From the NCBI GenBank assembly GCA_964342465.1, contig CAYFFQ010000002.1:1-60556 (forward strand): a stretch of 60,556 bases of DNA, written 5' to 3'. The stretch's first letter is position 1, and each line of letters begins with the position of its first letter. The notes beneath the pieces were generated by a model. It was not told where the DNA came from. It saw nothing but the letters and a program-made list of their open reading frames with translations, and ran no database searches. Source of the stretch: an uncultured Candidatus Poseidoniales archaeon. Its GTDB lineage: Archaea > Thermoplasmatota > Poseidoniia > Poseidoniales > Thalassarchaeaceae. Shown one piece after another: positions 1-10,167 of the stretch. A program made the translations under genes and the position numbers.

Positions 1-160
1 CAGTAGGCAAAGAGAAATCCCAAAAAAACCACTTAACTTTGACTGCGGAAAGCAAAAAATCGGCCAAATCACTTCGGTTGGACTACAGTCAGGGAGAAAA
101 CTGTTCATACAGTCACATCAGACGATATTCTCGGCTTGGCCGATGCAGCAACCAATGGTA

Positions 161-868
161 TCATTTTCTTCTCACTAGCAATAGTGTGGCCCCGCCAGTG
201 GGGACGAACGACAATTCGTGTGTCTCATTCATCATACGAACAAGAGTTATCCAGCCATTGAATGCCGCAATTTTCTCGCTGTCAGTTTCATCTTCGAGAG
301 GGAGGTCAGGCTCTAGTGTGATGAGCAACCCATCCTTGGCCATTAAGGGAAGAGTTGCCATGAGACAGTCGGTTTGTTTCTCCCATCCAACATCAACGAC
401 AGCGAGGTCGAACCCCGCTTTGACATTATTTTCTTCAACCCATTCACACCAATCCGCATTTACTATTTGACTCCAAGACCCCGCTCCGAACCGTTCTACC
501 ACGCGGTTGAGTATGACGCAAAATTTCGAGCCGGATTCAACCAACATGTATCGCTTTGGAGGAGACGACGATTCACTCCATGTGTGGAGGAGCCAAGATG
601 AGAGGTGGCCGATGCCGGCTCCAACTTCCAACACATCTTTCGGGGCGATGGTTTGTGAGATTTTCGTCACTAAATGACTTGCAGGGAGAGGCATTGTGGT
701 CAGGTCCATATGAGCCATCTGTTCTCCTATGTTGGCAGTAACCTCTGGTACATCAATTTCGGACATTTGCAGGCCTGAGATGAGGTCGCTTAGGGTGCGC
801 TGACTATTCTTCACAGGCCGTGCTGAGAATAGGTGGCTGTTGAATGATTGCATGGTCACCAAATACAT
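161..868 (-). CDS. SAM-dependent methyltransferase (O-methyltransferase-like)
   Basis: Motif I VLEVGAGIG, acidic LVES after strand 2, FDLAVVD motif; purine-rich GAAGGGG just upstream of ATG 868 (alternative start 766). Confidence 0.7.
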   Translation of the reverse strand: MYLVTMQSFNSHLFSARPVKNSQRTLSDLISGLQMSEIDVPEVTANIGEQMAHMDLTTMPLPASHLVTKISQTIAPKDVLEVGAGIGHLSSWLLHTWSESSSPPKRYMLVESGSKFCVILNRVVERFGAGSWSQIVNADWCEWVEENNVKAGFDLAVVDVGWEKQTDCLMATLPLMAKDGLLITLEPDLPLEDETDSEKIAAFNGWITLVRMMNETHELSFVPTGGATLLLVRRK

Positions 869-900
869 ATTTCCCCTTCATTTTGTTCACTCCTACAATT

Positions 901-983
901 TGCCGGTGCTCTTGGGATGAGAAACCAAATGCCGGTACTCTTGGGATGAGAAACCAATTGCGGGTGTTCTCGCGTTCAAGAAA
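901..983. repeat. 29-bp tandem repeat, 2 copies plus a degenerate third
   Basis: TGCCGGTGCTCTTGGGATGAGAAACCAAA at 901, near-identical copy at 930 (2 mismatches), decayed copy at 959; lies in a divergent intergenic region. Confidence 0.9.
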
Positions 984-1070
984 TATCAGGAGTGTCTAGG
1001 TGTCAAAGAATAGTTTGACAGGTTCAATTTTCTTTCAGCCTTGCATGGAACAGGATGGGTGTGATTTGTC

Positions 1071-1874
1071 GTGGCCAGTAGGAACTTTTCTGAACGCTGC
1101 AGAGGGGTCGCATTGAAGAGGGGTGGGCGTGCCGAACCACTCATGGAAGTGCCTGTTGAGGGGGATGGTCGTGTGGCCGACTGCCCTTATTGCGAGATGG
1201 CCTCCCTCCATGAGATTCTACGTGAGAAACCCAAGGGGAGGGGTGTAGACTATCTTACAAGATGCACGGAATGTGGTGAGGTTCACACAATTGAGGTTAG
1301 GCCCCCTCGTCCTTTGGAGGTTAAATTCACGCTCTCAGAGGGGGCGAATTCTGAAGCAACGATGATAGAGGTCGATGATGACGAGGTTTTCACTTTGGGT
1401 GATGAGTTCGACCACCTTGATGCTGTTTGGAGGATTACGAGATTACAGATGCCAGACAACTCATCAGCGAACTCAGCTGGTGCTGACGAGGTGGCGATGG
1501 TTTGGGCGCAGCGGAGCGATGTAGTGCGCTTGCGCCTGACTTTCAGCGAGGGCGATTATTCGTTTTCCGACTCGCTTCTCTGTCAACCCGACGAGGTCTT
1601 CCAATGCGGTTCAATCTTCCCACACGATGGGAAGAAATGGCGAATCAGGGCGCTGCATAGCGGGGCTGGAAGGACCCTCAATGGCAAAATGCGGGCGGCC
1701 GAAATCAGGAGGGTATTCCTTCATCTTCCACCAAGCAGAGAAGAGACGGCAGCGAAGAAGAGAGAGGCTCGCGGGCGTTGGAAGGGGCAGGATTTCCGCG
1801 GCCGAGAGGAGCATCATGAGAGGGTCAAACAGGCAAATATCACTTCCAGGCGGCGCTTCCGCCGCCATGAATGA
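1071..1874 (+). CDS. Archaeal zinc-finger protein (HVO_0476/COG1326-like)
   Basis: N-terminal CPYC...CTECG knuckles followed by a duplicated beta-rich unit (EVFTLGDEF / EVFQCGSIF); basic tail; alternative start ATG 1143. Confidence 0.65.
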   Translation: MASRNFSERCRGVALKRGGRAEPLMEVPVEGDGRVADCPYCEMASLHEILREKPKGRGVDYLTRCTECGEVHTIEVRPPRPLEVKFTLSEGANSEATMIEVDDDEVFTLGDEFDHLDAVWRITRLQMPDNSSANSAGADEVAMVWAQRSDVVRLRLTFSEGDYSFSDSLLCQPDEVFQCGSIFPHDGKKWRIRALHSGAGRTLNGKMRAAEIRRVFLHLPPSREETAAKKREARGRWKGQDFRGREEHHERVKQANITSRRRFRRHE

Positions 1875-2012
1875 TGCACCCCCGCATCATAAACCGATGC
1901 CTCCCCACCTCAAGGATTGATGCCCCCCCTCATCATCTCACCCCGTTGTTCGGTAGTTTACCAATTTGAGTGGATTGGAATCTATGCTCATCCCCACTCT
2001 CAGGGGAGCCTG

Positions 2013-3026
2013 TCACCGCGACCACGGCATCAGGAAGGATTTCGTAATGTGCCAGGCAACATCAGGATTCTCTCGCAACCGTCGCATGCTGTATTCATAC
2101 CATTTCGTGCCGTATGGGATATAGACCCGTACATTGTGCCCCTGTTTGAGTAATTGTCTGCGAAGGTCTCCTCGTACCCCTAGCAACATCTGGAACTCAT
2201 ATCCCTCACTCTTGTCACCCCTTCGTATGACCCCCTCTCGCGGGTCGTGGATGGATGGACCCATCCCTCGTGAAGTGAGAAGTTGGATTGCGGAATTGAC
2301 CACCGGCTTGTCATGTGTTGCGATGGCACAATATGCACCACGGTCAAGAACCGCTTCTAAGGCCTCGGTGAAGGCGCTGTTGATACCGTGATAATCGGTG
2401 TGAGCAATTTTCTCGGATTCTAAGTATATCCCCTTGCAAATCCGGAAGTCGGCACTACCATTGAGGAGTCCACATATCTGAGAGATGTCTTCTGCAGTGC
2501 GAAACAGTCTTGCTTGTAAGACGATACCTACATTGTCGAATCCCTTTGCTTGCATGGTTGTAAAAACATCAATCGTGGCTTGGGTGACGCGGTGGTCTTC
2601 CATGTCCAATCGCACGAACATGTCGTGTTGTTTGGCGACGGTGAGAAGCCTCTCCATGTTTGACAGGGCCCTCCCTTCATCGATTAGCAACCCGAAGGCA
2701 GTCGGTTTGACTGAGATGTTGGCATCCAATCCATTCTCGGTGATGGCTGCTATTATCCTCTCATATTCAGCGAGGAAGTATTCTGCCTCTTCTAGAGTTG
2801 AGATGTCCTCGCCGAGGACATCCACAGTGAATCTGCATCCTTCACTTTTTGCCAATTTCTGCATGGAAGCGACGGCCGAACTGATATCTTTGCCAGCCAC
2901 GTATCTCTTCGCCACCCAACCGACGAAAAAACGCGGCATGAAGGGAAGTAGTCTGACCATCGCCTTCCCGAACAAGCCCACGGCCCCAACCCCGTAATGC
3001 GGAAACCCCCGTCCGCTCTTTGACAA
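2013..3026 (-). CDS. putB: Proline dehydrogenase (monofunctional)
   Basis: RYVAG, DVLGE, ISVKPT, VRLDMED, QARLFRT, RICKGIY, IATHD, EFQMLLG, VYIPYG, YSMRRLRENP motifs. Confidence 0.92.
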   Translation of the reverse strand: MSKSGRGFPHYGVGAVGLFGKAMVRLLPFMPRFFVGWVAKRYVAGKDISSAVASMQKLAKSEGCRFTVDVLGEDISTLEEAEYFLAEYERIIAAITENGLDANISVKPTAFGLLIDEGRALSNMERLLTVAKQHDMFVRLDMEDHRVTQATIDVFTTMQAKGFDNVGIVLQARLFRTAEDISQICGLLNGSADFRICKGIYLESEKIAHTDYHGINSAFTEALEAVLDRGAYCAIATHDKPVVNSAIQLLTSRGMGPSIHDPREGVIRRGDKSEGYEFQMLLGVRGDLRRQLLKQGHNVRVYIPYGTKWYEYSMRRLRENPDVAWHITKSFLMPWSR

Positions 3027-3195
3027 TTACCCAATTCAGCCCACTGTGACTGCCTTGTGACTCGCTGCTCACTCTATGCTCGTTTGGGCATGATGCGGGG
3101 GTCGTATGGCAACCTTGCCCCTCACCTCCAGTTCGTCACTAATAATGCCCCACACCAATTGGTGAAAACATAGTCTGTGAGCGAAGGTAATAGAA

Positions 3196-3306
3196 TTCTG
3201 ATGGCATCAACAAATACCTTGACCAGAGCAAGGCTACTGCGCCGATTCCTTCCCCTGGGCGACAAAGTTCTGATGGCATCGATAAATACCTTGACCAGAG
3301 CAAGGC
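3196..3306. repeat. 39-bp direct repeat, 2 copies, 33-bp gap
   Basis: TTCTGATGGCATC(AAC/GAT)AAATACCTTGACCAGAGCAAGGC at 3196-3234 and 3268-3306 (2 mismatches). Confidence 0.9.
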
Positions 3307-3387
3307 CAAGGAAAAGCCCCCTCTTCCTGCCTGACAGAGCGGGACGGGCGGTTTGATTGCAAATGTAATTGTTGTGAAGTATGGTCA

Positions 3388-4368
3388 TTATTCGAAATCA
3401 ACTGTTCTGCCCACAGCAATACCCAATTCTGCACAATAACGCTTGATGGCTTGCCTTTGCCACCCTTTGAACGACTTTCTGTCGAGGTGTGCGATGACCT
3501 TCCCCCTCGGAAACGCCGCCTTCGTGCTCTCAAGAGAGACTCGGATGGCGTGTCGCCACTGACCACTCGGGTATTCTCCACTCTGTGGGTCCCAATGTTC
3601 ACCCTCCGGTTTTTCCATTTCCAATGCGTAGTTCGCCAGTTGATGACCTGCCCAGCAATCGGTCTTACGAATCACATCTGTATGCCTCGGGGCGTAGTGG
3701 CCACCGCCGATTCCCAACATCACTTTGCTTTCGGATTGTTGTTCATCAGAGAGAGTGTTCCAATCCCCGATTCCGTTTCCTTCGCCATTGAGAGCGAGCC
3801 CCTCATGGATGACATCCGCCCACGCCTCCGCAGCATCAACCCTACCCCAATGTGTCTCAGATGAACCGATTTCGATGAACATAGTAGGCACAGAGAGGGT
3901 AGGCCCATGGTGGGTGACCTCGATTGTCATATCAAATTCTGGAATCAACCCGTGCCTCTCTCCCGCAGCACACATCAGTCGGTACCAACCGGCAAATCTG
4001 GTCGAGGGTAGGACAACACTCCCCTTGATGCCCCCATATTCCGCTGCTTCCCCGAGCGGTGATTCCCCAGGGACTCCGATGACATGGAGTGTGAGGGAAG
4101 GTTGGCCACTTGCAGCGAAATGGCGTGAGAGAAAGATGACTTCTTTGACATCAGTTCCCATGGCCCGTTGATACCGTTCATCTAGGTCATCCTCCCACAG
4201 GACACGCTTGGGGAACCACCATAGGTGTACCTGAGCTGACTGGTGCATCCATGTCCGACCACATTCGACCTTTTCCTGTTCCAACCACCCGCCGCGAGCG
4301 AGTAGAGCATCCCCTTGGATGGTGGAACCTATATCGGGGGCAGAAACTATGAGAAGGGTGACCGCCAA
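3388..4368 (-). CDS. dtdA: D-aminoacyl-tRNA deacylase (archaeal DtdA/GEK1 type)
   Basis: FLSRH, SLTLH, EVTHHGP, FIEIGS, GIGGGHYAP motifs; start moved to TTG 4368 (GGGGTG upstream, GEK1-like N-terminus VTLLIVSAPDIGS). Confidence 0.9.
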   Translation of the reverse strand: MAVTLLIVSAPDIGSTIQGDALLARGGWLEQEKVECGRTWMHQSAQVHLWWFPKRVLWEDDLDERYQRAMGTDVKEVIFLSRHFAASGQPSLTLHVIGVPGESPLGEAAEYGGIKGSVVLPSTRFAGWYRLMCAAGERHGLIPEFDMTIEVTHHGPTLSVPTMFIEIGSSETHWGRVDAAEAWADVIHEGLALNGEGNGIGDWNTLSDEQQSESKVMLGIGGGHYAPRHTDVIRKTDCWAGHQLANYALEMEKPEGEHWDPQSGEYPSGQWRHAIRVSLESTKAAFPRGKVIAHLDRKSFKGWQRQAIKRYCAELGIAVGRTVDFE

Positions 4369-4460
4369 CTCAACCACCCCAAGCGAGCAACTCTTCTGCA
4401 TATCCACTGTAGTAAGTGGGGTCAAGGAGAAGAGGCGGTTGGAACACCTTTGCCAACAAA

Positions 4461-5174
4461 TCAATCCCCCGCATTTTGTCGGAAAGCAACCCCGAAAGTA
4501 TGCAGTAAGCAATTCAGATTGAGGAACAGAACCCATTCAAAGATGGCTGACAGAGTGTATTCCCCGATGAGGAACCCTATCCCTGATATGGCCATCGCGA
4601 GCCCCGAAATAGTGAGCATCATCCTCCTAGCCTTGGTGGTCTCTAGGCCAAACCAATGTACCCCCAAATCGAGAGGTGCGCGCGCGCTGCTCATCAGCAT
4701 TGAGAAGAGCCACATCGAACCGAACATCAAGTAGGCGAAAATCGAATGAACAAGTATGTCGGTGTGCATTGGGAAAATGGCTACTCCGATGAGGAAGTTA
4801 CCTGCGAGAGCGCCTATGAAAAATCTCCGAATCGGGGGCCGTTCTATCTTCTTCATTTTCAGTTGACTGAACGTTTTATTCGTTAAGAATACGGAAACGA
4901 ATGTGAGGAGAGCCCCTGTTAGAGCGACAGAAAATTGGAAGATTGTTCCTTCCGGTGGGAAAACTGCTCCAGAGGAGATGAAGGGTGGCAATCCGGAAGC
5001 GAACTCGGTGGGAAGGAAGGAAATCCCCATGCTTCCTTCTATGGAGATGGAGTCATTTCTGCCGCCACCGCCGAACTGGACAAACAATTGGGTTAGGAAT
5101 GCCGTCGCTAGATTGAGCGTCAATGTGAGGTGAAGGGCGATTCGCTTCTGTTTCAAACTCATCAATTCACTCAC
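4461..5174 (-). CDS. Multi-pass membrane protein (Frag1/DRAM/Sfk1 or DUF998-like)
   Basis: About 6 hydrophobic segments, FISSGAV.PPE, HSIFA and FEW motifs; start overlaps the upstream NUDIX stop. Confidence 0.5.
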   Translation of the reverse strand: MSELMSLKQKRIALHLTLTLNLATAFLTQLFVQFGGGGRNDSISIEGSMGISFLPTEFASGLPPFISSGAVFPPEGTIFQFSVALTGALLTFVSVFLTNKTFSQLKMKKIERPPIRRFFIGALAGNFLIGVAIFPMHTDILVHSIFAYLMFGSMWLFSMLMSSARAPLDLGVHWFGLETTKARRMMLTISGLAMAISGIGFLIGEYTLSAIFEWVLFLNLNCLLHTFGVAFRQNAGD

Positions 5175-5946
5175 CTTCAGTCAACATTCGGAAAGCATCT
5201 ATGTCGAACAGTGATGCGGCGGATGCGAGTGCTTCCTCCAAGGAAAACCAGCGCGCCTCCTCTACTTCGTCGGGTTTGAGTGTGAATTCAATATCCTCAC
5301 CCACATCCACGAGATATGTGAAAGAAACCCAATCTATTCCTTCGGCATTGAAAATGCGTTCCTGCACCACACATCTGTCGATGCCCTCATTCACCTCGCC
5401 GCCCTCTCCACGCGGGTCTGGGAGAGTGAGTTTGACACCGAGTTCTTCGAAAAGTTCCCTCTCCGCTCCTCGCCTCGGGTGTTCAGCGTAATCGAGAAAT
5501 CCGCCAGGAAGAGTCCAATGTCCGGTGAAGAAACCTCTCTTCACCTTTTGTAGCAACAACTCACCCTTTGGATTGCGAAGAATTACTTTGGCTACGAGTC
5601 TATGCATCGTTCTATAGACACTTTCCCGAGCCACAGGGTGGACGGCTGCATCGGAAATCAGATAGTCCTTCCACGCCCAATCACGCGGCCAATCGACATC
5701 TGGTAGGGCGTGTGTCACTTCGTGGATTTGCTCCCCGAACTTGAAGCGATTGACTCTCTTGACAGCCCAAGTAAGTCCCAACTCACTTGCTTCTGCTTCT
5801 GATGGCAGACGGTATAGCCAACCCCTCCCTTCCAACTCAGGAGAGTCGGCCAAACGACCTCTCTGTGGCCGTTCCGGACCGTTTCCTTCGGCATTGACCA
5901 GCAACACCTTGCCATCGTGTTCGAGATAGAGGTGTTTGCTCGCCAT
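5167..5946 (-). CDS. NUDIX hydrolase with N-terminal extension
   Basis: Nudix box GGFLDYAEHPRRGAERELFEELGV; WTLPGG and EVEEARWF. Confidence 0.88.
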   Translation of the reverse strand: MASKHLYLEHDGKVLLVNAEGNGPERPQRGRLADSPELEGRGWLYRLPSEAEASELGLTWAVKRVNRFKFGEQIHEVTHALPDVDWPRDWAWKDYLISDAAVHPVARESVYRTMHRLVAKVILRNPKGELLLQKVKRGFFTGHWTLPGGFLDYAEHPRRGAERELFEELGVKLTLPDPRGEGGEVNEGIDRCVVQERIFNAEGIDWVSFTYLVDVGEDIEFTLKPDEVEEARWFSLEEALASAASLFDIDAFRMLTEGE

Positions 5947-6037
5947 GTTGTGGCGAGTGACCCGCGCATCATCAAGTCAGCGCAACTGCTACCGCGCAAT
6001 TACCGCTCGAAGAATGGGGGATTGGGAGACAAATTGT

Positions 6038-6976
6038 TCAATATCCAAGTAGGTCCGTAAGTTGGTCTTTGTAGAAATTTGCAGAACCCTGGAGACTACC
6101 CAATTCTTCCTCGGTGAGTTCCAGTTCAATTATTGATTCCACTCCATCTCTGCCGAGAATCACAGGCACTCCGATGTAGATGTTCTCCAATCCGTATTGG
6201 CCGGTAAGGTGGGCGCTGCAGGGGAGGAGTCGTTTTCTGTCCATGACGATTGATTCTGCCATGATGGCCGCAGCGCTGCCCGGTGCGTAGAAGGCACTCC
6301 CACGCTCAAGCAGTTTGACTATCTCACCGCCGCCACTCGCAGTTCGCTGGCTGATGGCGGCTATGGTTTCCTCGTCGAGTAGTTGGGTGATTGAGATTCC
6401 CCCGACGGTGGTGTATCGTGGCAGTGGAACCATCGTATCTCCGTGGCCTCCGAGAACCATTGCCTGTACATCCTCGTTCGAACATCCGATCTCCTGTGCA
6501 ACGAAATGGGTCATGCGCGCCGAATCGAGAATCCCCGCCTGTCCGACCACTCTGTTGTGGGGGAATCCGGTCACCTCCCGCATGTGGTAGGTCATCAGGT
6601 CCAACGGGTTGGTCACCATGACAATCACACTGTCCGGGGCGTACTCCCTTATGCCGGCGCCAACCTGTGATACGATGTCAGCGTTCTTTCCGATGAGGTC
6701 TTCCCGACTCATACCTGGTTGGCGGGGGAATCCGGAGGTGACGACGACTACATCTGCACCGGCGATATCAGCGTAATCAGCAGTGCCGGTGATACTTCCA
6801 TCGTAATTCAGAATCTGGCCGCCTTGGCTCATGTCAAGGGCTTTCCCCTTGGCGAACCCCTCGAAGATATCGAGAAGAACGATGTCTCCTAACTTTTTCT
6901 GGGCGAGTACGAAGGCGCAAGTTGCCCCTACATTCCCCGCCCCAATTACTGCAATCTTCGCCTTTCCATCAACCAT
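6038..6976 (-). CDS. mdh: Malate dehydrogenase (LDH-like)
   Basis: GAGNVG, GKALD, GFPRQPGMSREDL, VTNPLD, LDSAR, GGHGD; start moved to ATG 6976 with GAGGGTGA upstream. Confidence 0.95.
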   Translation of the reverse strand: MVDGKAKIAVIGAGNVGATCAFVLAQKKLGDIVLLDIFEGFAKGKALDMSQGGQILNYDGSITGTADYADIAGADVVVVTSGFPRQPGMSREDLIGKNADIVSQVGAGIREYAPDSVIVMVTNPLDLMTYHMREVTGFPHNRVVGQAGILDSARMTHFVAQEIGCSNEDVQAMVLGGHGDTMVPLPRYTTVGGISITQLLDEETIAAISQRTASGGGEIVKLLERGSAFYAPGSAAAIMAESIVMDRKRLLPCSAHLTGQYGLENIYIGVPVILGRDGVESIIELELTEEELGSLQGSANFYKDQLTDLLGY

Positions 6977-7169
6977 CTGGTCACCCTCTGTGGTGACCGG
7001 CGAGGGTAGGCAGAACAAATACTCACCGTTTTTCCATTCACACGATATTCTCTCGTTAGTGAATGGCAGATAGGTCGATGCTAGTGTGGATTCTGCACTT
7101 GCCTCGGTAAGTTGCTTTAGAGCCATATTCAAGAACCTAATACTTCCCGCCTGCCTTCAAGAACAGTAG

Positions 7170-7187
7170 CCCCACCTATAGGTGGGG
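7170..7187. promoter_or_regulatory. Perfect 18-bp palindrome in the divergent mdh/pntA region
   Basis: CCCCACCTATAGGTGGGG, ending 23 nt before the pntA ATG; function inferred only. Confidence 0.45.
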
Positions 7188-7210
7188 GTTGCTGCCGCGG
7201 TGGAATCAAC

Positions 7211-8374
7211 ATGAAACTGGGTGTCGTCAAAGAGGCAGAAGATGAGACGCGGGTGGCTATTGTTCCAGCATCATTGCGGAAACTGAAGAAACTCGGATTC
7301 GAGGTGTTCGTCGAGGCTGGTGCTGGCGAGAAAGCATTCCACAGTGATGACCAATACCGTGAGGCGGGAGCGACTGTTTGTGGCCGAGGGGAGGCTCTTG
7401 CGGCTGACATCGTCGTCGCCATCGGTATGCCTGAACTCGACGGGATGAAAGAAGGTGGGATGTTGACTTGTGTAGCCGACCCATTCAGGGCACCGGAGAG
7501 GGTAAAGGCAGCGATTTCTGCGGGCATCACCCTGTTCAGCATGGATATGATTCCCCGCCGGCTTTCTCGGGCGCAAGCGATGGATGTCAACAGCAGTCAG
7601 GACAATCTAGCCGGCTACAAGGCAGTTCTCATGGGGGCGGCAAAGATTGCCAAAGGAATTCCGATGATGACCACGAGCGCCGGAACAGTTCGGCCTGCCA
7701 AGTTCGTCATCATGGGTTCAGGCGTTGCAGGGCTACAGGCTATCGCTACGGCAAAACGCCTCGGTGCGATTGTATTCGCATCAGATGTGCGTAAATCCGC
7801 CGCAGAGCAGATAGAATCAGTCGGAGGAAACTTCATCGAAGTAGACGGAATGGATGATTTTGAAGATGAGTCTGGATACGCAAAACCCCTCACACCTGAA
7901 TTCATTCAGAAGGTCAATGACACCGTATGCGAGGTGGCTTCTGAGGCTGATGTCATCATCACGACAGCGCGCATCTTCGGCAGACCAGCCCCAATCACGA
8001 TTCCAGCATCCGCAGTTGCCGGATTCAAGGCGGGAGCAGTAATCATCGACATGAATGCCGATGTCGGCGGCAACTGCGAACTCACGGAAGCAGGCAAGAA
8101 AATCACTACCGAAAACGGAGTCACAGTTGTCGGAACCACGAATCTTCCAGGTTTGCTCTCTTCCACAGCGAGTATGCTCTACTCGAACAATCTCACGACA
8201 TTCGTCACCTCTCTCGTCAAGGAGGGTGAACTTCTCATTGACTTGCAGGACGATATCCTAGTCGGCGCTGAAGAGGGTAGTGAATTCCATGTGCCAGGGA
8301 TGGGGGGAGTCCTCGTCTGTACGGGTGGCGAGATACACGAAAAGCAAACTCGATTGGCGGAGGTGGTTGGATGA
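7211..8374 (+). CDS. pntA: NAD(P) transhydrogenase subunit alpha, part 1 (domain I)
   Basis: ETRVA, VEAGAG, QAMDVNSSQDNLAGY, GSGVAGL, DVIITTA, GGNCELT, YSNN. Confidence 0.95.
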   Translation: MKLGVVKEAEDETRVAIVPASLRKLKKLGFEVFVEAGAGEKAFHSDDQYREAGATVCGRGEALAADIVVAIGMPELDGMKEGGMLTCVADPFRAPERVKAAISAGITLFSMDMIPRRLSRAQAMDVNSSQDNLAGYKAVLMGAAKIAKGIPMMTTSAGTVRPAKFVIMGSGVAGLQAIATAKRLGAIVFASDVRKSAAEQIESVGGNFIEVDGMDDFEDESGYAKPLTPEFIQKVNDTVCEVASEADVIITTARIFGRPAPITIPASAVAGFKAGAVIIDMNADVGGNCELTEAGKKITTENGVTVVGTTNLPGLLSSTASMLYSNNLTTFVTSLVKEGELLIDLQDDILVGAEEGSEFHVPGMGGVLVCTGGEIHEKQTRLAEVVG

Positions 8375-8694
8375 GTCTGACACTCACGGCATTGATTGGC
8401 AGCATCACCATATTTGTGTTGGCGATATTTCTCGGCTTCGAACTCATCAGCAAGGTTCCCCCGACCCTCCACACGCCACTTATGTCGGGGGCGAACGCGA
8501 TTTCGGGAATCACCATCGTCGGCGCATTGATTCTTTCCAATGCAGCCTTCAATGACGGACAACCAGGGACGGCTGCTTGGCTCGCTTTCGCGGCATTGAT
8601 AATGGCGACCATCAATGTGGTCGGCGGCTTCATGGTCACCAACCGAATGTTGCAGATGATAGCCGGCAAGCGAAAGCGCAAGGGGGGTGAATGA
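8371..8694 (+). CDS. pntA: NAD(P) transhydrogenase subunit alpha, part 2 (membrane)
   Basis: VPPTLHTPLMSGANAISG, INVVGGFMVTNRML; ATGA overlap with part 1. Confidence 0.95.
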   Translation: MSLTLTALIGSITIFVLAIFLGFELISKVPPTLHTPLMSGANAISGITIVGALILSNAAFNDGQPGTAAWLAFAALIMATINVVGGFMVTNRMLQMIAGKRKRKGGE

Positions 8695-10142
8695 TGATGG
8701 TCGACCCAGTCATTTGGGACATCGGCTACCTCGTGGCAGCCGCCCTCTTCATTCTCGGCATCAAACGGCTCTCCAGCCCACGCACTGCACCATCAGGAAA
8801 CCGGCTCGGTGCATACGGAATGCTCCTCGCAGTGATAATCACTCTAGCAAAACTCTACACTGAAGGAATTGTCGGCTTGGAACTGATTGTCGGCGGCCTT
8901 GCCATCGGCACCATCATCGGCGCGTGGATGGCTATTCGCGTGGAAATGACAGGGATGCCGGAACTTGTGGCATTGTTCAATGGATTTGGTGGGGCGGCCT
9001 CAGCACTCGTCGGCTTGTCAGAGGTTCTTGGCCGCCTACAAATTGGTGATGTCCCAGAGCCCGGTGTTGAACTCTATGCGACTTGGGTAGCAATCGGCCT
9101 TTCAGGGCTCGTCGGTTGGGTCACACTGACTGGAAGTCTGATGGCCATGGGCAAACTGATGGGTGGTTTCTACATACCATTCACCAAGAAAGACTCGCGT
9201 GGTCGACGGAAGTGGGTAAGTTTCCCTACCTGGGGGCCACCTTGGTTGAATGTGGTCAAAGTGCTCCTTCTGCTCACCTCACTCGTTCTGATTGTCCTTA
9301 CAATTCGTGAGCCGACCAACACCCAATACATCCACGGCTTGGTGGCGGCATCCTGTCTGCTCGGAGTCCTGTTCGTAATACCGATTGGCGGAGCCGATAT
9401 GCCAGTCGTTGTCAGCCTGCTCAATTCGCTATCTGGAATCGCAGCCGCCTTCACCGGCTTCGTCATCGGCAACAATGTCCTCATCATCGCCGGTTCGATG
9501 GTGGGCGCAGCGGGCCTTATCCTCACCTTCATCATGTGTAAGGCGATGAATCGTACACTCCCTGCTGTACTGTTCAAGTCGTTCGGTGGCAGTGGCAAAC
9601 AGGAATTGACCAGAACCAAGGTCGGTAGCGACCCCGAAGAGGTGGCGATGGTCTGTGACGGTATCAGCAGTTGTGTCATCATCCCTGGGTATGGGATGGC
9701 GGTCAGTCAGGCTCAGCATTCGGTCAAGGAATTCGCTGACCTCCTCGAAGCAGAGGGTGTGGAAATAAAGTACGGAATCCACCCTGTTGCAGGCAGAATG
9801 CCGGGGCACATGAATGTGCTTCTGGCTGAAGCGAATGTGCCTTATGAGCAACTCATTGAGATGGATGACATCAACTCAGAACTACCAGAGTGTGATGTAG
9901 CACTCGTCATCGGAGCCAACGACACGGTCAATCCTGTTGCTCGCAGTGGTGAAGGACCGCTCGGCGGAATGCCCATCATCGACGCAGACAAGGCTCGCGT
10001 GGTGGTCATCGTCAAGCGAAGTTTGAATGTAGGATATGCCGGAGTTGACAATGACCTCTTCTATGAAGACAAGACCATGATGTTGTTTGGTGACGGAAAG
10101 AAGATGATGAACGAGTTGAATTCCGCCTTGAAGGAACTGTGA
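8691..10142 (+). CDS. pntB: NAD(P) transhydrogenase subunit beta
   Basis: MPELVALFNGFGG, IGGADMPVVVSLLNS, MCKAMNR, PGYGMAV, HPVAGRMPGHMNVLLAEA, GANDTVNP. Confidence 0.96.
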   Translation: MMMVDPVIWDIGYLVAAALFILGIKRLSSPRTAPSGNRLGAYGMLLAVIITLAKLYTEGIVGLELIVGGLAIGTIIGAWMAIRVEMTGMPELVALFNGFGGAASALVGLSEVLGRLQIGDVPEPGVELYATWVAIGLSGLVGWVTLTGSLMAMGKLMGGFYIPFTKKDSRGRRKWVSFPTWGPPWLNVVKVLLLLTSLVLIVLTIREPTNTQYIHGLVAASCLLGVLFVIPIGGADMPVVVSLLNSLSGIAAAFTGFVIGNNVLIIAGSMVGAAGLILTFIMCKAMNRTLPAVLFKSFGGSGKQELTRTKVGSDPEEVAMVCDGISSCVIIPGYGMAVSQAQHSVKEFADLLEAEGVEIKYGIHPVAGRMPGHMNVLLAEANVPYEQLIEMDDINSELPECDVALVIGANDTVNPVARSGEGPLGGMPIIDADKARVVVIVKRSLNVGYAGVDNDLFYEDKTMMLFGDGKKMMNELNSALKEL

Positions 10143-10167
10143 ACTGTTCACCTTCGATGACCTTATG

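Noticed and set aside
1-160. Possible gene fragment at the left edge
   Set aside because: Several frames are open but none gives a recognisable protein; the 39..470 ORF is antisense to the methyltransferase.
3108-3117. GGCAACCTTG shared between the proline dehydrogenase upstream region and the sod dyad
   Set aside because: A 10-mer match among all intergenic DNA is expected by chance and there is no functional link.
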